The notes beneath the pieces are model-generated. The model saw only the letters and a list, made by a program, of their open reading frames with translations. It had not been told where the DNA came from and made no database searches. This document shows, in pieces, positions 39,601 through 48,519 of a stretch of 64,000 bases of DNA. The stretch comes from a bacterium (GTDB taxonomy: Bacteria; UBA8248). The stretch spans positions 2,618,775 through 2,682,774 of the forward strand of contig OZ251456.1 of the NCBI GenBank assembly GCA_965242545.1, given 5' to 3'. Both the position numbers and the translations under genes were made by a program. Positions within the stretch are counted from its first letter, which is position 1. Every line of letters begins with the position of its first letter.

Positions 39601-39824
39601 CCGATCGAACGCCGTCGTTCGCGGCGGCGGCGCAACTGGCGACGGCGAAGACGCGCATTTCGCCGATCCTGATTGAGCGGCGCGCCGCTTTGCGGATCGC
39701 GCGCCTCCGGGAAGATGCGGACGCCCAGACGTTTGATTTCGCCCGTCGCCTCATCCGGATCGTGGTCGATCACGGCGAATCCTACCGAGGTCGTGCCGAT
39801 GTCGAAACCGAAAATAAGCGCCAA
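36609..39824 (-). CDS. cas9: Type II-C CRISPR endonuclease Cas9 (~1070 aa)
   Basis: RuvC-I FGFDIGTTSVG, Arg-rich bridge helix, RuvC-II RVELARD, HNH VEHIWPRS..NKTL..NLEKGN, RuvC-III HHAID; probable TTG start at 39824 after GGAG. Confidence 0.97.
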   Translation of the reverse strand: MALIFGFDIGTTSVGFAVIDHDPDEATGEIKRLGVRIFPEARDPQSGAPLNQDRRNARLRRRQLRRRRERRRSIGELLSEAGLLPSYGSTEWHEVMKCDPYKFRKRAFKGEALSPHEFGRAIYHLAKRRHFKGRDIDEVSDDAETADGKDKEMIADEKKAKTDRESTIEILENEDISLGAWLSKRGPRERKRGAHATRKHVEDEFNKIWSGQKEHLAALRTESLRKSIHEAIFSQRPTFWRKNTLGECRFAPDAPLCPKGSWLSQQRRMLEKLNNLEFVRGKRGLLDKEERRAILDRLQAQSSMTWGGVRGALKPLYRDRGRLGAERRLKFNLEVGGEKKLIGNPLEAKLTEIFGREWVKHPHRQEIRDAVAERLWRADYGEVGKRRTDHGGTDAQRVVILSAKKRKANRERVAGSFIDDFGITEEQAEKLKGLKLSAGWEPYSFEALQAFLPHLEAGERFGALVNGPEWEAWRQETFPGMERPTGEARDLLPSPTDPEERKRVAKLRNPTVARARNELRKVANNLIRVFGKPDLIRVELARDVGMSKRQREERRQGIARQARRRKKAKEELEKRDIANPSRDDVEKWMLWEECGHFCPYTGDPIGFAALFHSNDFQVEHIWPRSKSFDNAFRNKTLCRRDVNLEKGNRIPFEYLSGDEEEWAKLEKRLEDMKATRGGIGMSPGKIKRFLARRIPEGFADRQLNDTGYAAREAVAFLKQLWPDRGPEAPVTVQAVSGRVTGQLRRWWRLNNILAEDGEKTRDDHRHHAIDALVVACAHPGMTHKLSSYWQARENPGARKPQLAPPWATIRVEAEKAVAGIVVSHRVRKKVSGPLHRDMVWGDAKKEETGPDGTIYRYFVTRKKVEELSKSELEEIRDDGVREIVGDWVEKHGGEPKKAFPPYPKRGRKGPEIRKARLWKKRQRSLVARVGTGYAAKHENHHMAIYCLPGGGVDFEVVSLFDAARRLSRREDVVRRKRTDGAKLIMSLSLGDIIELLEGEEKGLWVVHGIASAGRPTLARVNDARPTSLKEARELGMSGKRKDFVPRFVGFMKRRPKKLSVDPIGRIRPSKD

Positions 39825-39871
39825 CGATAATTCTCCATTGCATTCACGAACGTGAAGTAGTAGCATGGGGA

Positions 39872-39992
39872 GAATAGCAAGTCGAGAAGTGGTCGATTGC
39901 TTATCACAGGCAAATTGACTTCTTCGTCCGGGCTCGGCATCCCAAGGTCATCGCCGTGCAAAAGCCCTCGTCACAGGACGAGGGCTTTTGCA
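39872..39992 (+). ncRNA. tracrRNA
   Basis: Anti-repeat TAGCAAGTCGAGAAGTGGTCG..ATCACAG (39875-39909) complementary to the repeat with a bulge, then hairpins; 5' end approximate. Confidence 0.88.
39957..39992 (+). terminator. Intrinsic terminator of tracrRNA (possibly bidirectional)
   Basis: TGCAAAAGCCCTCGTC-ACAG-GACGAGGGCTTTTGCA perfect inverted repeat. Confidence 0.82.
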
Positions 39993-40050
39993 TTGGAAGA
40001 GAACAAAATGGTTAAGAACACTGCCTCATCCGGCCCAAAGTCCTCCCCCG

Positions 40051-41436
40051 TCAATACCCGAGCTTCGAGAATCCCTCGAAGAAGCGCGCCAGGAACTTCT
40101 CGGCGCGGAGAACGCCCGCCACCCGCGCGTATTCGTTCGCCGCGTGCTTCCGCGCGGCGTGGCAGGGGAGGCCGCCGATCCAGGGAACGCCCAGCTCCTC
40201 CGTCCACAGCGCCACCGGCATCCCCGCCGGGTGGACGGGCCAGACCTCCGGCGACGCGCCCATGGCGGCGTGCGCCTCGAGGACGCATTCGACCAGGGGG
40301 TGATCCGGCGGGGTTCCGCCGCCCGCGTAGCGGTTGTTCACGACGAACTCCACGTCGCCGTAGCCGCCCTCGGCCAGGATGGCGCGGACGTTCGCGATCC
40401 GCTCGTCGGGATCCTCCCCCGGCTGAAAGCGCATGTTCACCACCGCCTGCGCCTCGTGGGGAATGCTCACCTTGACGGATTTTCCCTCGCCGACGAACCC
40501 CGCCTGAAGCCCGGTGAGGGTGAACTCCGGCTTGAACAGGTGCGCGCGGACGGCGGCGCGGAAATCCTCCTGGCGAAACCGTTCGACCCCGAGGCCGCGC
40601 CTCATCGCTTCGGGGTCCATGCGCTCTGCGAGCGCGCGGCAGAGCGCCTCCTGCGCGTCCGTCGGCGTCCACCCCTCGCCGCCTTCGTAAATCTCCCAGA
40701 GCCTCTTCTGCAGATGGGCGACCGCCTCGACGAGGCGCTCGGCGGGGTTGCCTATCCAGTTGCTGTTGAGCGCGTGAATCTCGTTTCCCATGGGCCCGCC
40801 CCACTCCCCGGAGCGGCAGAACAGCCTGCCCATGAGGTTCCCCTTGAGACCCAGCGGGACGATGGGCGTCCCGTCGGCGTGCGCCATCGGGCAGAGCCAC
40901 AAGGCCGCGTTCGCCCTTCGCATCCGCTCCCTGTAGCGCGGGAAGAAATCCTTGATGCCGCCGCTTCCCAGCTCCGACGCCTCGTGGACGAACAGGAGGT
41001 TGATCGGCAGTCTCTCGCCGGCGGCGCGCGCGGCGAACACCGCGTTCATCAGGCAGGCGATGCCGGTCTTCATGTCCTCCGCCCCCCGGCCCACGACGCA
41101 GCGCCCCAGGCCCTCCAGCTCCCGGATTCGGGGGTCGAAGGGGGGATTCATCCAGTTCGGCTCCTCCGCCGGCGTCACGTCGTAGAGCCCGTGGCAGAGA
41201 AGCGTCCGCTCCGCGCCCTCGTCGATGAGGCCGAACACGACGGGAAACTCCGCCGTCTCCACCACCTCCGCCCGGCCGCCGGCTTCGACGATCTCCCCGG
41301 CCAGCATCCGCGCCATCTCCTCGTTGCCGAGGTTCAGGGCGGAGACGCTCGGCTGGCGGATGTATTTCAGAAGGCGCTCGAGGTGGGAGGACTCGAAATC
41401 CTCCTCGATTCGCGCGACGACCCGCTCCACGTCCAT
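40051..41436 (-). CDS. M20/M25/M40 family metallopeptidase/deacylase
   Basis: QPSVS, GLYDVTP, GRGAEDMK, HAANEY. Confidence 0.88.
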   Translation of the reverse strand: MDVERVVARIEEDFESSHLERLLKYIRQPSVSALNLGNEEMARMLAGEIVEAGGRAEVVETAEFPVVFGLIDEGAERTLLCHGLYDVTPAEEPNWMNPPFDPRIRELEGLGRCVVGRGAEDMKTGIACLMNAVFAARAAGERLPINLLFVHEASELGSGGIKDFFPRYRERMRRANAALWLCPMAHADGTPIVPLGLKGNLMGRLFCRSGEWGGPMGNEIHALNSNWIGNPAERLVEAVAHLQKRLWEIYEGGEGWTPTDAQEALCRALAERMDPEAMRRGLGVERFRQEDFRAAVRAHLFKPEFTLTGLQAGFVGEGKSVKVSIPHEAQAVVNMRFQPGEDPDERIANVRAILAEGGYGDVEFVVNNRYAGGGTPPDHPLVECVLEAHAAMGASPEVWPVHPAGMPVALWTEELGVPWIGGLPCHAARKHAANEYARVAGVLRAEKFLARFFEGFSKLGY

Positions 41437-41477
41437 CGGCAAGCCTCCTCCTCCCCCGGCGCGCGGCTCCCGGGGCT

Positions 41478-41789
41478 TCAGGGAATCATGAGATCGATCA
41501 GAGGGCCATGCTGCTGCGCTCCGTAGACGTCTCGATCCCCGGGCGCGCCCGAGGTCGGCCCCTTTCTCGGCAGGGTGATCTTGATGGCGTTGGCGGCGTC
41601 GAAATGGACGATTCTCACGTCCTCGACCGCCAGTTCGTAAAGGTCGGCGACGACCCCCGGCGTGAGCGCCTCGCTGTCGGCAACCCGCCGGTAGGTCGCC
41701 TCGTCGGCGAACAGCAGATCCAGAGTGATGCTCAGGGGGCCCGCGTTCTTGCTTCGCAGCACTTCGGCGATATCGTAGAGCCGCTCCAT
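41478..41789 (-). CDS. DUF4387 domain protein
   Basis: LRSKNAGP, AIKITLPR, DRDVYGAQQHGPL. Confidence 0.88.
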   Translation of the reverse strand: MERLYDIAEVLRSKNAGPLSITLDLLFADEATYRRVADSEALTPGVVADLYELAVEDVRIVHFDAANAIKITLPRKGPTSGAPGDRDVYGAQQHGPLIDLMIP

Positions 41790-41791
41790 CC

Positions 41792-43159
41792 TCAGCCCAC
41801 CTGCGCGTATTCGACCTCGAACGGCGCGCCGGCGTCCTCGAGCTCCACGAGGTGGTAGACGTGAAACTCGTAGACCGGCCCGCCCTCGAAGTCGGACGGC
41901 GAGAAGGGGAAGGCGAGGTTTCCCGCGGTGGCCTTCCGGCCCTCGAACCCGCAGTGCAGAAAGGTGCTTCTCGCCAGGGAGAGCGCGGCGTTCGCCGACT
42001 GCTGATCCTCCGCGATGGCCTCCATGACGACGCCGACCTCCCGGGGGAGTCCCGTCCCGTCCGCCGCGGGCGGGGCGGCGCCCGGGAGCGCGCCGCCGCG
42101 CCCGTAGAAGATGAAGCGCAGCTCGTGGCCCCCGAGCGCGCCCCGCGTCATCTCGGCGACCGTGTCCCGGACGCTCGCCTCCACCTCGTCGAGGCGCGCG
42201 ATGAGGCGCGGGTCGGTCATGCCGGCCACGGCGATCGCGCGGTATCCCCGAAGGCGCGCGCCTTCCAGCTTGATGGTGGGCTTCGGCGCGGGCGTGAAGC
42301 GGCTGCCGCTCACCCGCACGCGGCGCTCGCCGATCCGCTCGAACGCCGAATCCCTGAGGTCGATCATCCCCTCGGGCTCGTGGAACAGATAAGGATCGGG
42401 CTGCTCATACATCATGTGCGCCGCCACGGAGCCCGGCGTCACCCGCATCCCCTCGTTCATCGGCTCGAGCTCGAAGTGATCCTCGCGCAGCGTGCCCAGA
42501 ATGCAGTCGTTCGCGCCGATGGGCAGGGCGCATTGCGCGCCGCATTCGATGATTTTCGCCATGTGGAAGGCGAGCCCCAGATCGAAGCCCCGCATCGCGG
42601 CGCAGGCGGCGTATATGGCCGTGTCGCAGGAGCGTCCGGCGAGGACGACCTCCGCGCCCCCCTCCAGCGCCCGGATGAAGGGGTCCAGCCCCATCTGTCC
42701 GACGACGCGGACGCTCTCGTCCACCATCTCCTCCGTGAGTTCGGGAAGTTTCCCCAAAGGGCGGGTTCTGCCCTCCCGGACGGCGCGCTTGAGGAACGCC
42801 TTGTCCATCTCGGAGCGAATCACCGCGAGCCGGAAGCGGTGGCCGTCGCGCCTCGCCAGCTCGCGCATCGCGTCCAGCACGCTGTCCACGTGGGGGTCGC
42901 CGCCGGCCGTCCCGGCCGAGCCGATGACGTAGGGTATCTTCTTCCTTCTGGCGGCGGCGAGCGAAAAGCCCAGGTCGCGCAGTATCTGCTCGCGCTTCGT
43001 GAGCTGATCGCCGCTGCCAAGATAGTAGGGGCCCGCGTCCGTGGAGCCGTTGTCCGCTCCCATGAAATGCGGGTCGCGCGCGACCCCGTTCTCAAGAGAG
43101 GCTTCGGGAAACCCGTAGCCCAGGTTGCCGCACACGGATAATACCCTGAGTTCATCCAT
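41792..43159 (-). CDS. Acyclic terpene utilization AtuA (DUF1446) family protein
   Basis: GNLGYGF, STDAGPYYLG, KIIECGA, TAGNLAFPFSP. Confidence 0.88.
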   Translation of the reverse strand: MDELRVLSVCGNLGYGFPEASLENGVARDPHFMGADNGSTDAGPYYLGSGDQLTKREQILRDLGFSLAAARRKKIPYVIGSAGTAGGDPHVDSVLDAMRELARRDGHRFRLAVIRSEMDKAFLKRAVREGRTRPLGKLPELTEEMVDESVRVVGQMGLDPFIRALEGGAEVVLAGRSCDTAIYAACAAMRGFDLGLAFHMAKIIECGAQCALPIGANDCILGTLREDHFELEPMNEGMRVTPGSVAAHMMYEQPDPYLFHEPEGMIDLRDSAFERIGERRVRVSGSRFTPAPKPTIKLEGARLRGYRAIAVAGMTDPRLIARLDEVEASVRDTVAEMTRGALGGHELRFIFYGRGGALPGAAPPAADGTGLPREVGVVMEAIAEDQQSANAALSLARSTFLHCGFEGRKATAGNLAFPFSPSDFEGGPVYEFHVYHLVELEDAGAPFEVEYAQVG

Positions 43160-43276
43160 TCGGGGGCTCCGGGATTTTGGGGTGAGCGATGAGGAGAATC
43201 TATACGATCCCGCGCGGGGGGTAAATCTCGCCGCCGGGGGGCCGGGGCGTCATGGGTTCGGACAGGGCCGCCGCGT

Positions 43277-46180
43277 TCACGCTCGAAGCCGCGTTTTCTT
43301 GCCCCCGTGCACGCTCGGCTCGGCGCACCACTGGCGGCGGACGAGGTCGAAATCGTCCATCAGCTCCGCCGGAACCCCGAGCAGCTCCACGAGCAAAGCC
43401 TCGTCGAGAGCCTTTCTGCCGGCGTCATGGTAGCTCTCGTTGGCGGGCAGGAACTCGACGTCCCGGAACCGCTCGAACAGGGCGTCGGCCTTGCGCAAGG
43501 CTCGCTCGTCGAACTCCCAGGGATCGATGGAGAGCAGCGAGGGAATAGCAGTGATTTGCACTCGCGTCCGCCCAAGTTGCTGCCTCGTTCCCTCCCACCA
43601 ATAGATCATCAAGCCAAGCGTCGAATTCAGCCAGAGCATGACAGCGCTTTCGTGAGCTTCGTTCCCCAAGATGAAGTTCGGCCAAGCCGTGCCGCCCAAG
43701 GTATTTTCCGGCGTCAGACAGGCCGCCAGACTTTGCGAGTTGAGCCGGAAGTTCATCGTCAGATGAAGACGGGAGGCGAAGCGTTGCCAGACACCGGCCG
43801 CCTGCTCTTCGCTCCCCTCCCTGCTCCGCAATTCGCAGTCCGCTTCCACCATGAAGGAGCGCTCCCGGCGCGCGTCATGGGCCCAGAGCGCGGGATAGGC
43901 CGGCAACTGCCCCGGCAACAACGAAATCTTCTCGAACGGCCCCCTCGGCGGCGCTCCGGTGAGGTCTCGGCTGAGCAGCCCCCGCTCGCCCAGATTTTTC
44001 AGTCTCGTTAAGGGTATGCCCGCCGCCCTGTTTCGTCTGATCGCCAGCAATTCGCCTTCCGCGAGCGAAAGCATGAAGCGGGCGAGATGATGATGCGTCA
44101 GACCCACGCAGCCGCAGTGGAATCGTCCGGCGTTGATGTAGCTGCCCCCGCTCGCAATCTCTCCGCTTCGGCCTCCGCTCCCGAAGGTGATGTTACCAAC
44201 GCCCGGTCGGCGGTTCCTCGCCGCCATGAATCTCGCCAGCTCGGCGGCCTCGACGTGATGCGCCGGACGGCGATGAAGGTTGACGAACTGGAAGGTCGAT
44301 TCGCCGCCCCCGTCCTCTTCGCCCCGCCGGGTGGCGACGACGAGCACTTCCGCCATTCCGGTATCGGCGGAAAACGCCCGGTCGGTCGGCCCGTCAGTCG
44401 CGATTGTGACAACGGTTACGTCCCTGTAGCACTCGGCCAGCAGATTCCGCGCGCCGTCCCACGATTCGCCCTGGGCGAAGGTCGCCGGCAGCACCAGCGC
44501 GAGGACGCCGCCCGGCTTGAGCTTGGCGTGCGCCAGGTCGATGAAGTTCGACGCCAGCCCGGCGTTTCCGTGGCCCGCGGGACGCGAGAGGCGCCCGCGC
44601 ATCAGCCTCAGCCGGGAGCTCATCGCCTTCTGCTCCTCGTCCGAAGTGCTGAAGCCCGCGAAGGAGGGAACCGGAACCTCCGCCGTCTCGTGGTTGGTCG
44701 GGCGCGTGAAGGGCGGATTCATGATCACGACGTCCATCGACTCGTGCGGAACCCCGACTTCCCTGCTCGCGTCCTCCGTCTCCTCGCCCCTGCGGCCGGC
44801 GACCCGCTCCCCGCCCAGGCTCAGGAGGGACGTCGCCTGCTCGTGGACGATGAGCTCCAGCGAGCCGATGTGCGGGTGCCTGTTCTCGTCGTAGCCGTAG
44901 GGCATCGTGACGATGCGGGTGGTTCCGAAGGTGACGGCGGGATGGGCGTTCGAGAGGGTGGAGGCCGCCAGATGCGTGGCGGCGGGCATGATGTCGAAGG
45001 CGTAGAGGGACTCCTCCATCATGGCGGAATGAATCTCGGCGTCGTCGCTTCCCGCCCGGCGGCGGCGGGCGAGAATGGCGTGATAAAGCGCGCCGATGAG
45101 GGTTCCCGTTCCGCAGGCGAGATCGGCGACCTTCAGGCGCTTCACGGCGTCCGCGCTTCCCCAGTCCGTCCGCAGTCTGGCGGCGGCGAGCTCCGCCAGC
45201 AGGGTGGCGGACACCGGCAGGGTGTAGAAGGTAGCGAGAAACTTTCGGTCGGCGATGAGCTTCTGGAACATCCGCCCCGAGAGATCGTTCAGGCTCGCCG
45301 CGCCCATGTCCGCCAGTTTGCCCGCCATGCCGTAAAGACGGTCCAGCATCCGGTTCGCCTGAATCGTCGGCACCTTCGCCAGCAGGTCCGACGCGATTCT
45401 GAAAATCGGCCAGTAGTTGACGTTCTCCATGATCCACCGCCAGCAGTCGAGGGCTCCTATCTTGTAGAACCCGATCGGGCCCTTCAGTTCATCCAGCAGG
45501 GGGACGCCCTCCCGCCCCTCGATGCGCGTATGGAACACGGCGGCGTTGGCCATGATGGCGACCGCCATGCGGTTGGTCTGCTCGCCCGGCGACTGGTTGA
45601 GATGGGCGGCGATATTTCGATGGATGTGATCCTCCGCCGTCTTCAGAATGTTGGCGGCGTGGGTGACGCCCTCCTCGAGCACGTCCGTCGTCCGGGAGAT
45701 GAGGGACTCGGAGAGGGCGACCGACTCCAGGCAGTTCGCCACGTCGTTGACGCCGCCGTGGAGCCAGCCTCTTTCGGGCCACCGCTGGCAGTCCCCGGTT
45801 TTCGTCTCGGAAAGAACGCAGTAGGCGAAAACCGCCCGCTCGATGGCATCCTCGATTGCGTTCTGGCCGACGGTTCGCAGCTCCGAAGGGACGCGGAGGG
45901 CGATGGCGTTCTCTATCCTTCCGCCGTCGCCCTCCAGGCTCTCGCCCAGGCGGGAGGCGGCGTCGGCCTCCACCGCGGCGGCGGGGTCGAACTCCGCTTC
46001 AAGCGCCACCGGCGAACTCCCCGGAGGCGAGAGAAGGATGTCCGGCTGCCTGCCCGGCGCGCCCAGCAGGACGCCGGTGCGCTCGACGCCGATGGCGTCC
46101 TTCCACAGCGGATGCTTTCCGCGCAGCGCGCGCCCGAACGCGGCGTTGAAGACCGGCTCGGTCGTGGACGCCCTCGCCAT
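43277..46180 (-). CDS. Type IIG/IIL-like fused restriction-modification enzyme (gamma-class N6-MTase)
   Basis: N-terminal QPDIL..ALEAE nuclease-like motif, TFYT, ADLACGTGTL, IMNPPF, C-terminal putative recognition region. Confidence 0.85.
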   Translation of the reverse strand: MARASTTEPVFNAAFGRALRGKHPLWKDAIGVERTGVLLGAPGRQPDILLSPPGSSPVALEAEFDPAAAVEADAASRLGESLEGDGGRIENAIALRVPSELRTVGQNAIEDAIERAVFAYCVLSETKTGDCQRWPERGWLHGGVNDVANCLESVALSESLISRTTDVLEEGVTHAANILKTAEDHIHRNIAAHLNQSPGEQTNRMAVAIMANAAVFHTRIEGREGVPLLDELKGPIGFYKIGALDCWRWIMENVNYWPIFRIASDLLAKVPTIQANRMLDRLYGMAGKLADMGAASLNDLSGRMFQKLIADRKFLATFYTLPVSATLLAELAAARLRTDWGSADAVKRLKVADLACGTGTLIGALYHAILARRRRAGSDDAEIHSAMMEESLYAFDIMPAATHLAASTLSNAHPAVTFGTTRIVTMPYGYDENRHPHIGSLELIVHEQATSLLSLGGERVAGRRGEETEDASREVGVPHESMDVVIMNPPFTRPTNHETAEVPVPSFAGFSTSDEEQKAMSSRLRLMRGRLSRPAGHGNAGLASNFIDLAHAKLKPGGVLALVLPATFAQGESWDGARNLLAECYRDVTVVTIATDGPTDRAFSADTGMAEVLVVATRRGEEDGGGESTFQFVNLHRRPAHHVEAAELARFMAARNRRPGVGNITFGSGGRSGEIASGGSYINAGRFHCGCVGLTHHHLARFMLSLAEGELLAIRRNRAAGIPLTRLKNLGERGLLSRDLTGAPPRGPFEKISLLPGQLPAYPALWAHDARRERSFMVEADCELRSREGSEEQAAGVWQRFASRLHLTMNFRLNSQSLAACLTPENTLGGTAWPNFILGNEAHESAVMLWLNSTLGLMIYWWEGTRQQLGRTRVQITAIPSLLSIDPWEFDERALRKADALFERFRDVEFLPANESYHDAGRKALDEALLVELLGVPAELMDDFDLVRRQWCAEPSVHGGKKTRLRA

Positions 46181-46334
46181 GGGGTCGAATCTCCAGCGTT
46201 CGGGGCGGATTTCGGGGCGATATTACGCCGGGCGGATTCAAGGGGTTAAACCGGACTCCCCGCCGCGCGGCCCCCGACAGAACGCGCGGCTTTGGCTCGA
46301 GAGACCCGCGCGGCCTCCCCCGACGTCCGGCGGC

Positions 46335-46772
46335 CTACGGGGCGGCGCGCAGCCGTTCGGGCTCGATGATGGCCTCCACCTCTATCTCTATCAGGGCGTC
46401 GGGAGGGCCGAGCCGGGAGATTTCGATGAGGGTGCTCGCCGGACGAACGTTCTTGAAGTATTTGAAGCGCTCGTCGGAATGCTTGTAATACTCCATGATG
46501 TCGGTCACATACGTCGTGGAGCGGACGATGTCGTCGAACGTCGCCCCCGCGTGCGCCAGCCCCTTGCCGATGTTCTCGCAGGTGACCCGTATCTGGGTCC
46601 TCATGTCGCCCACGCCCTCCACCTCGCCGCTCGGCTTGCGGGGCACCTGGCCGGAAAGATAGACGTGGGCGTGATCCGCGCCGTGAATCGTCACCACGGG
46701 CACGTAGAGCAACTCGCCGTTCTCCACGCGGGACCACATGTCGCCGGGCTGCATGAACTGTCTTTTGATCAT
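46335..46772 (-). CDS. RidA/YjgF family protein
   Basis: VYLSGQV, RPASTLIEISRL, IEIEVEA. Confidence 0.9.
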   Translation of the reverse strand: MIKRQFMQPGDMWSRVENGELLYVPVVTIHGADHAHVYLSGQVPRKPSGEVEGVGDMRTQIRVTCENIGKGLAHAGATFDDIVRSTTYVTDIMEYYKHSDERFKYFKNVRPASTLIEISRLGPPDALIEIEVEAIIEPERLRAAP

Positions 46773-46798
46773 GTTCGGCGCTCTCCTCTGGCTGTCGT

Positions 46799-47614
46799 TC
46801 AATCCGTCACCCACGCGGGGCGGCCGTCGGACTGCCCCGTCAGCCGCGCCAGCGTTTCGGCCACCTTCCGCTCGCAGGCGAGAAACTCCACCGAAAGCGC
46901 GTCGCGCGGACGCGGCAGGTCGATTCTGATCTCCTCCGCCACCCGGCCGGGACGCGGCGACATCAGAAGCACCCGGTCGGAGAGATACGCCGCCTCCCGG
47001 ACGCTGTGGGTCACGAAGAGGACGGTTTTATGGGTTTCCATCCACACCTGGACGAGAAGCTGCTGGAGGCTCGAGCGGGTTTGGGCGTCGAGGGCGCCGA
47101 AGGGCTCGTCCATGAGCATGACCTCCGGATCAAAGGCCAGCGCGCGCGCGATGCCCACCCGCTGCTTCATGCCCCCCGAGAGCCGGTAGGGATAGACGTT
47201 CTTGAAGCCCTCGAGCTCCACGAGCCTCAAGAGCCGCTCGACGACGGGGTCGCGCTCCTTTTTCGGAATCCCCTTCATGCGCATCCCGAAGCGGACGTTT
47301 CCGGCGACCGTCAGCCAGGGGAAGACGGCGAACTCCTGGAACACGACGCCGCGATCGAAGCCCGTGCCCTCGATGCGGCGGCCGTCGAGAACGAGATCGC
47401 CCGAGGTTTTCTCATACAGCCCCGCCACGATCATCAGGAGCGTGCTCTTGCCGCATCCGCTCGGCCCGATCAGGGAGATGAACTCCCCGCCCCGGACCTC
47501 GAAGTCCACCCCCTCGAGGGCGGTGACGTCCGTGCTCCTCCCCCACCCCTCGTCAATGGTGAAGACCTTGCCCAGATCGCGGACCTGAAGCTTCGCGGCG
47601 CCCTGATTCGACAA
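46799..47614 (-). CDS. ABC transporter ATP-binding protein (TauB/SsuB-like)
   Basis: GPSGCGKST, LSGGMKQR, LMDEPFGALD, VTH; TTG start after GAGGAG. Confidence 0.93.
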   Translation of the reverse strand: MSNQGAAKLQVRDLGKVFTIDEGWGRSTDVTALEGVDFEVRGGEFISLIGPSGCGKSTLLMIVAGLYEKTSGDLVLDGRRIEGTGFDRGVVFQEFAVFPWLTVAGNVRFGMRMKGIPKKERDPVVERLLRLVELEGFKNVYPYRLSGGMKQRVGIARALAFDPEVMLMDEPFGALDAQTRSSLQQLLVQVWMETHKTVLFVTHSVREAAYLSDRVLLMSPRPGRVAEEIRIDLPRPRDALSVEFLACERKVAETLARLTGQSDGRPAWVTD

Positions 47615-47637
47615 AACGCGCTCCTCTCGACGACGCG

Positions 47638-48498
47638 CTATTCGCGCAGCGTTCCCCAGCGCTGGACCGTGGCCAGCTCGATGCTCCGCAGGCAGACGCG
47701 CTCGACGATCACCCCCAGGATGCCGACGACCACCACCCCGCCGTACATCATGTCCGCCGCGAGGAAGTCCCGGGCGGAGAAAATCCTGAAGCCCAGGCCG
47801 GCCTCGAGGGCGACGATCATCTCGCCGGTCACGACGATGCGCCAGGCGCGGCTGAAGGCGATGCGGTAGCCGGCGATGAGGCTCGGCAGCGCGCCCGGAA
47901 CCATCACCTGAAAGAAAAGGGTCATGCCCCGGGCGCCCATGGCGCGGCCGGCGCGGATGAGGGAGGCGTCCACGGTCTTCACGCCCGTCCAAGCGTTCAC
48001 CATGACGGTGATCATGCCCTCGAACCACAGCACGGAGATCAGCGTGAAGTCGCTCAGCCCGAACCACAGGATGACGATGGGGAACAGCGCGAGGCCCGGC
48101 ACGGCCAGAAAGAAATACATCGGCGGCGCGAGAACCCGCTCCACCGTCCGGCTCATGCCCATCCACAGCCCGACGAGGGTTCCCGAAACGATGGCGAGCG
48201 CCGCGCCGATCAGGAGCCGGTAGAGCGAAACGTAGATGTCCAGCCAGAGGATGCCGGAGCGCGCCTGCTTCACCATCGTGAGCCAGATCGTCTCCAGGGG
48301 AGGGAAGAGGACGGGATGCAACGTTCCCGAATGCGCGAGCAGCTCCCACAGGATGAGCAGCCCGACGAGGGGCGCGGACATCTGGAAGATCGCCTTGCCG
48401 GAGTTTCGCAGGACGACGCTCCAGTTCGGCGGCCCGAGCCTTTTCCCGGCGCCCGCCCCGCTTTCGGGATGAGCTTGCGGCTGATCGATCGAAGCCAC
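47638..48498 (-). CDS. ABC transporter permease (TauC/SsuC-like)
   Basis: RAGRAMGA EAA-like loop, GEMI..GLG. Confidence 0.9.
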   Translation of the reverse strand: MASIDQPQAHPESGAGAGKRLGPPNWSVVLRNSGKAIFQMSAPLVGLLILWELLAHSGTLHPVLFPPLETIWLTMVKQARSGILWLDIYVSLYRLLIGAALAIVSGTLVGLWMGMSRTVERVLAPPMYFFLAVPGLALFPIVILWFGLSDFTLISVLWFEGMITVMVNAWTGVKTVDASLIRAGRAMGARGMTLFFQVMVPGALPSLIAGYRIAFSRAWRIVVTGEMIVALEAGLGFRIFSARDFLAADMMYGGVVVVGILGVIVERVCLRSIELATVQRWGTLRE

Positions 48499-48519
48499 GA
48501 GAAACTCCCCCTGCCCGGC

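Noticed and set aside
36609-39824. Nuclease-dead Cas9 or IscB/transposon-associated nuclease
   Set aside because: RuvC D/E/H-D and HNH residues are present, size fits II-C Cas9, and no transposase genes are nearby.
44087-46249. 720-aa + strand ORF and similar long antisense ORFs across the window
   Set aside because: They lie opposite well-supported genes and are expected at high GC.
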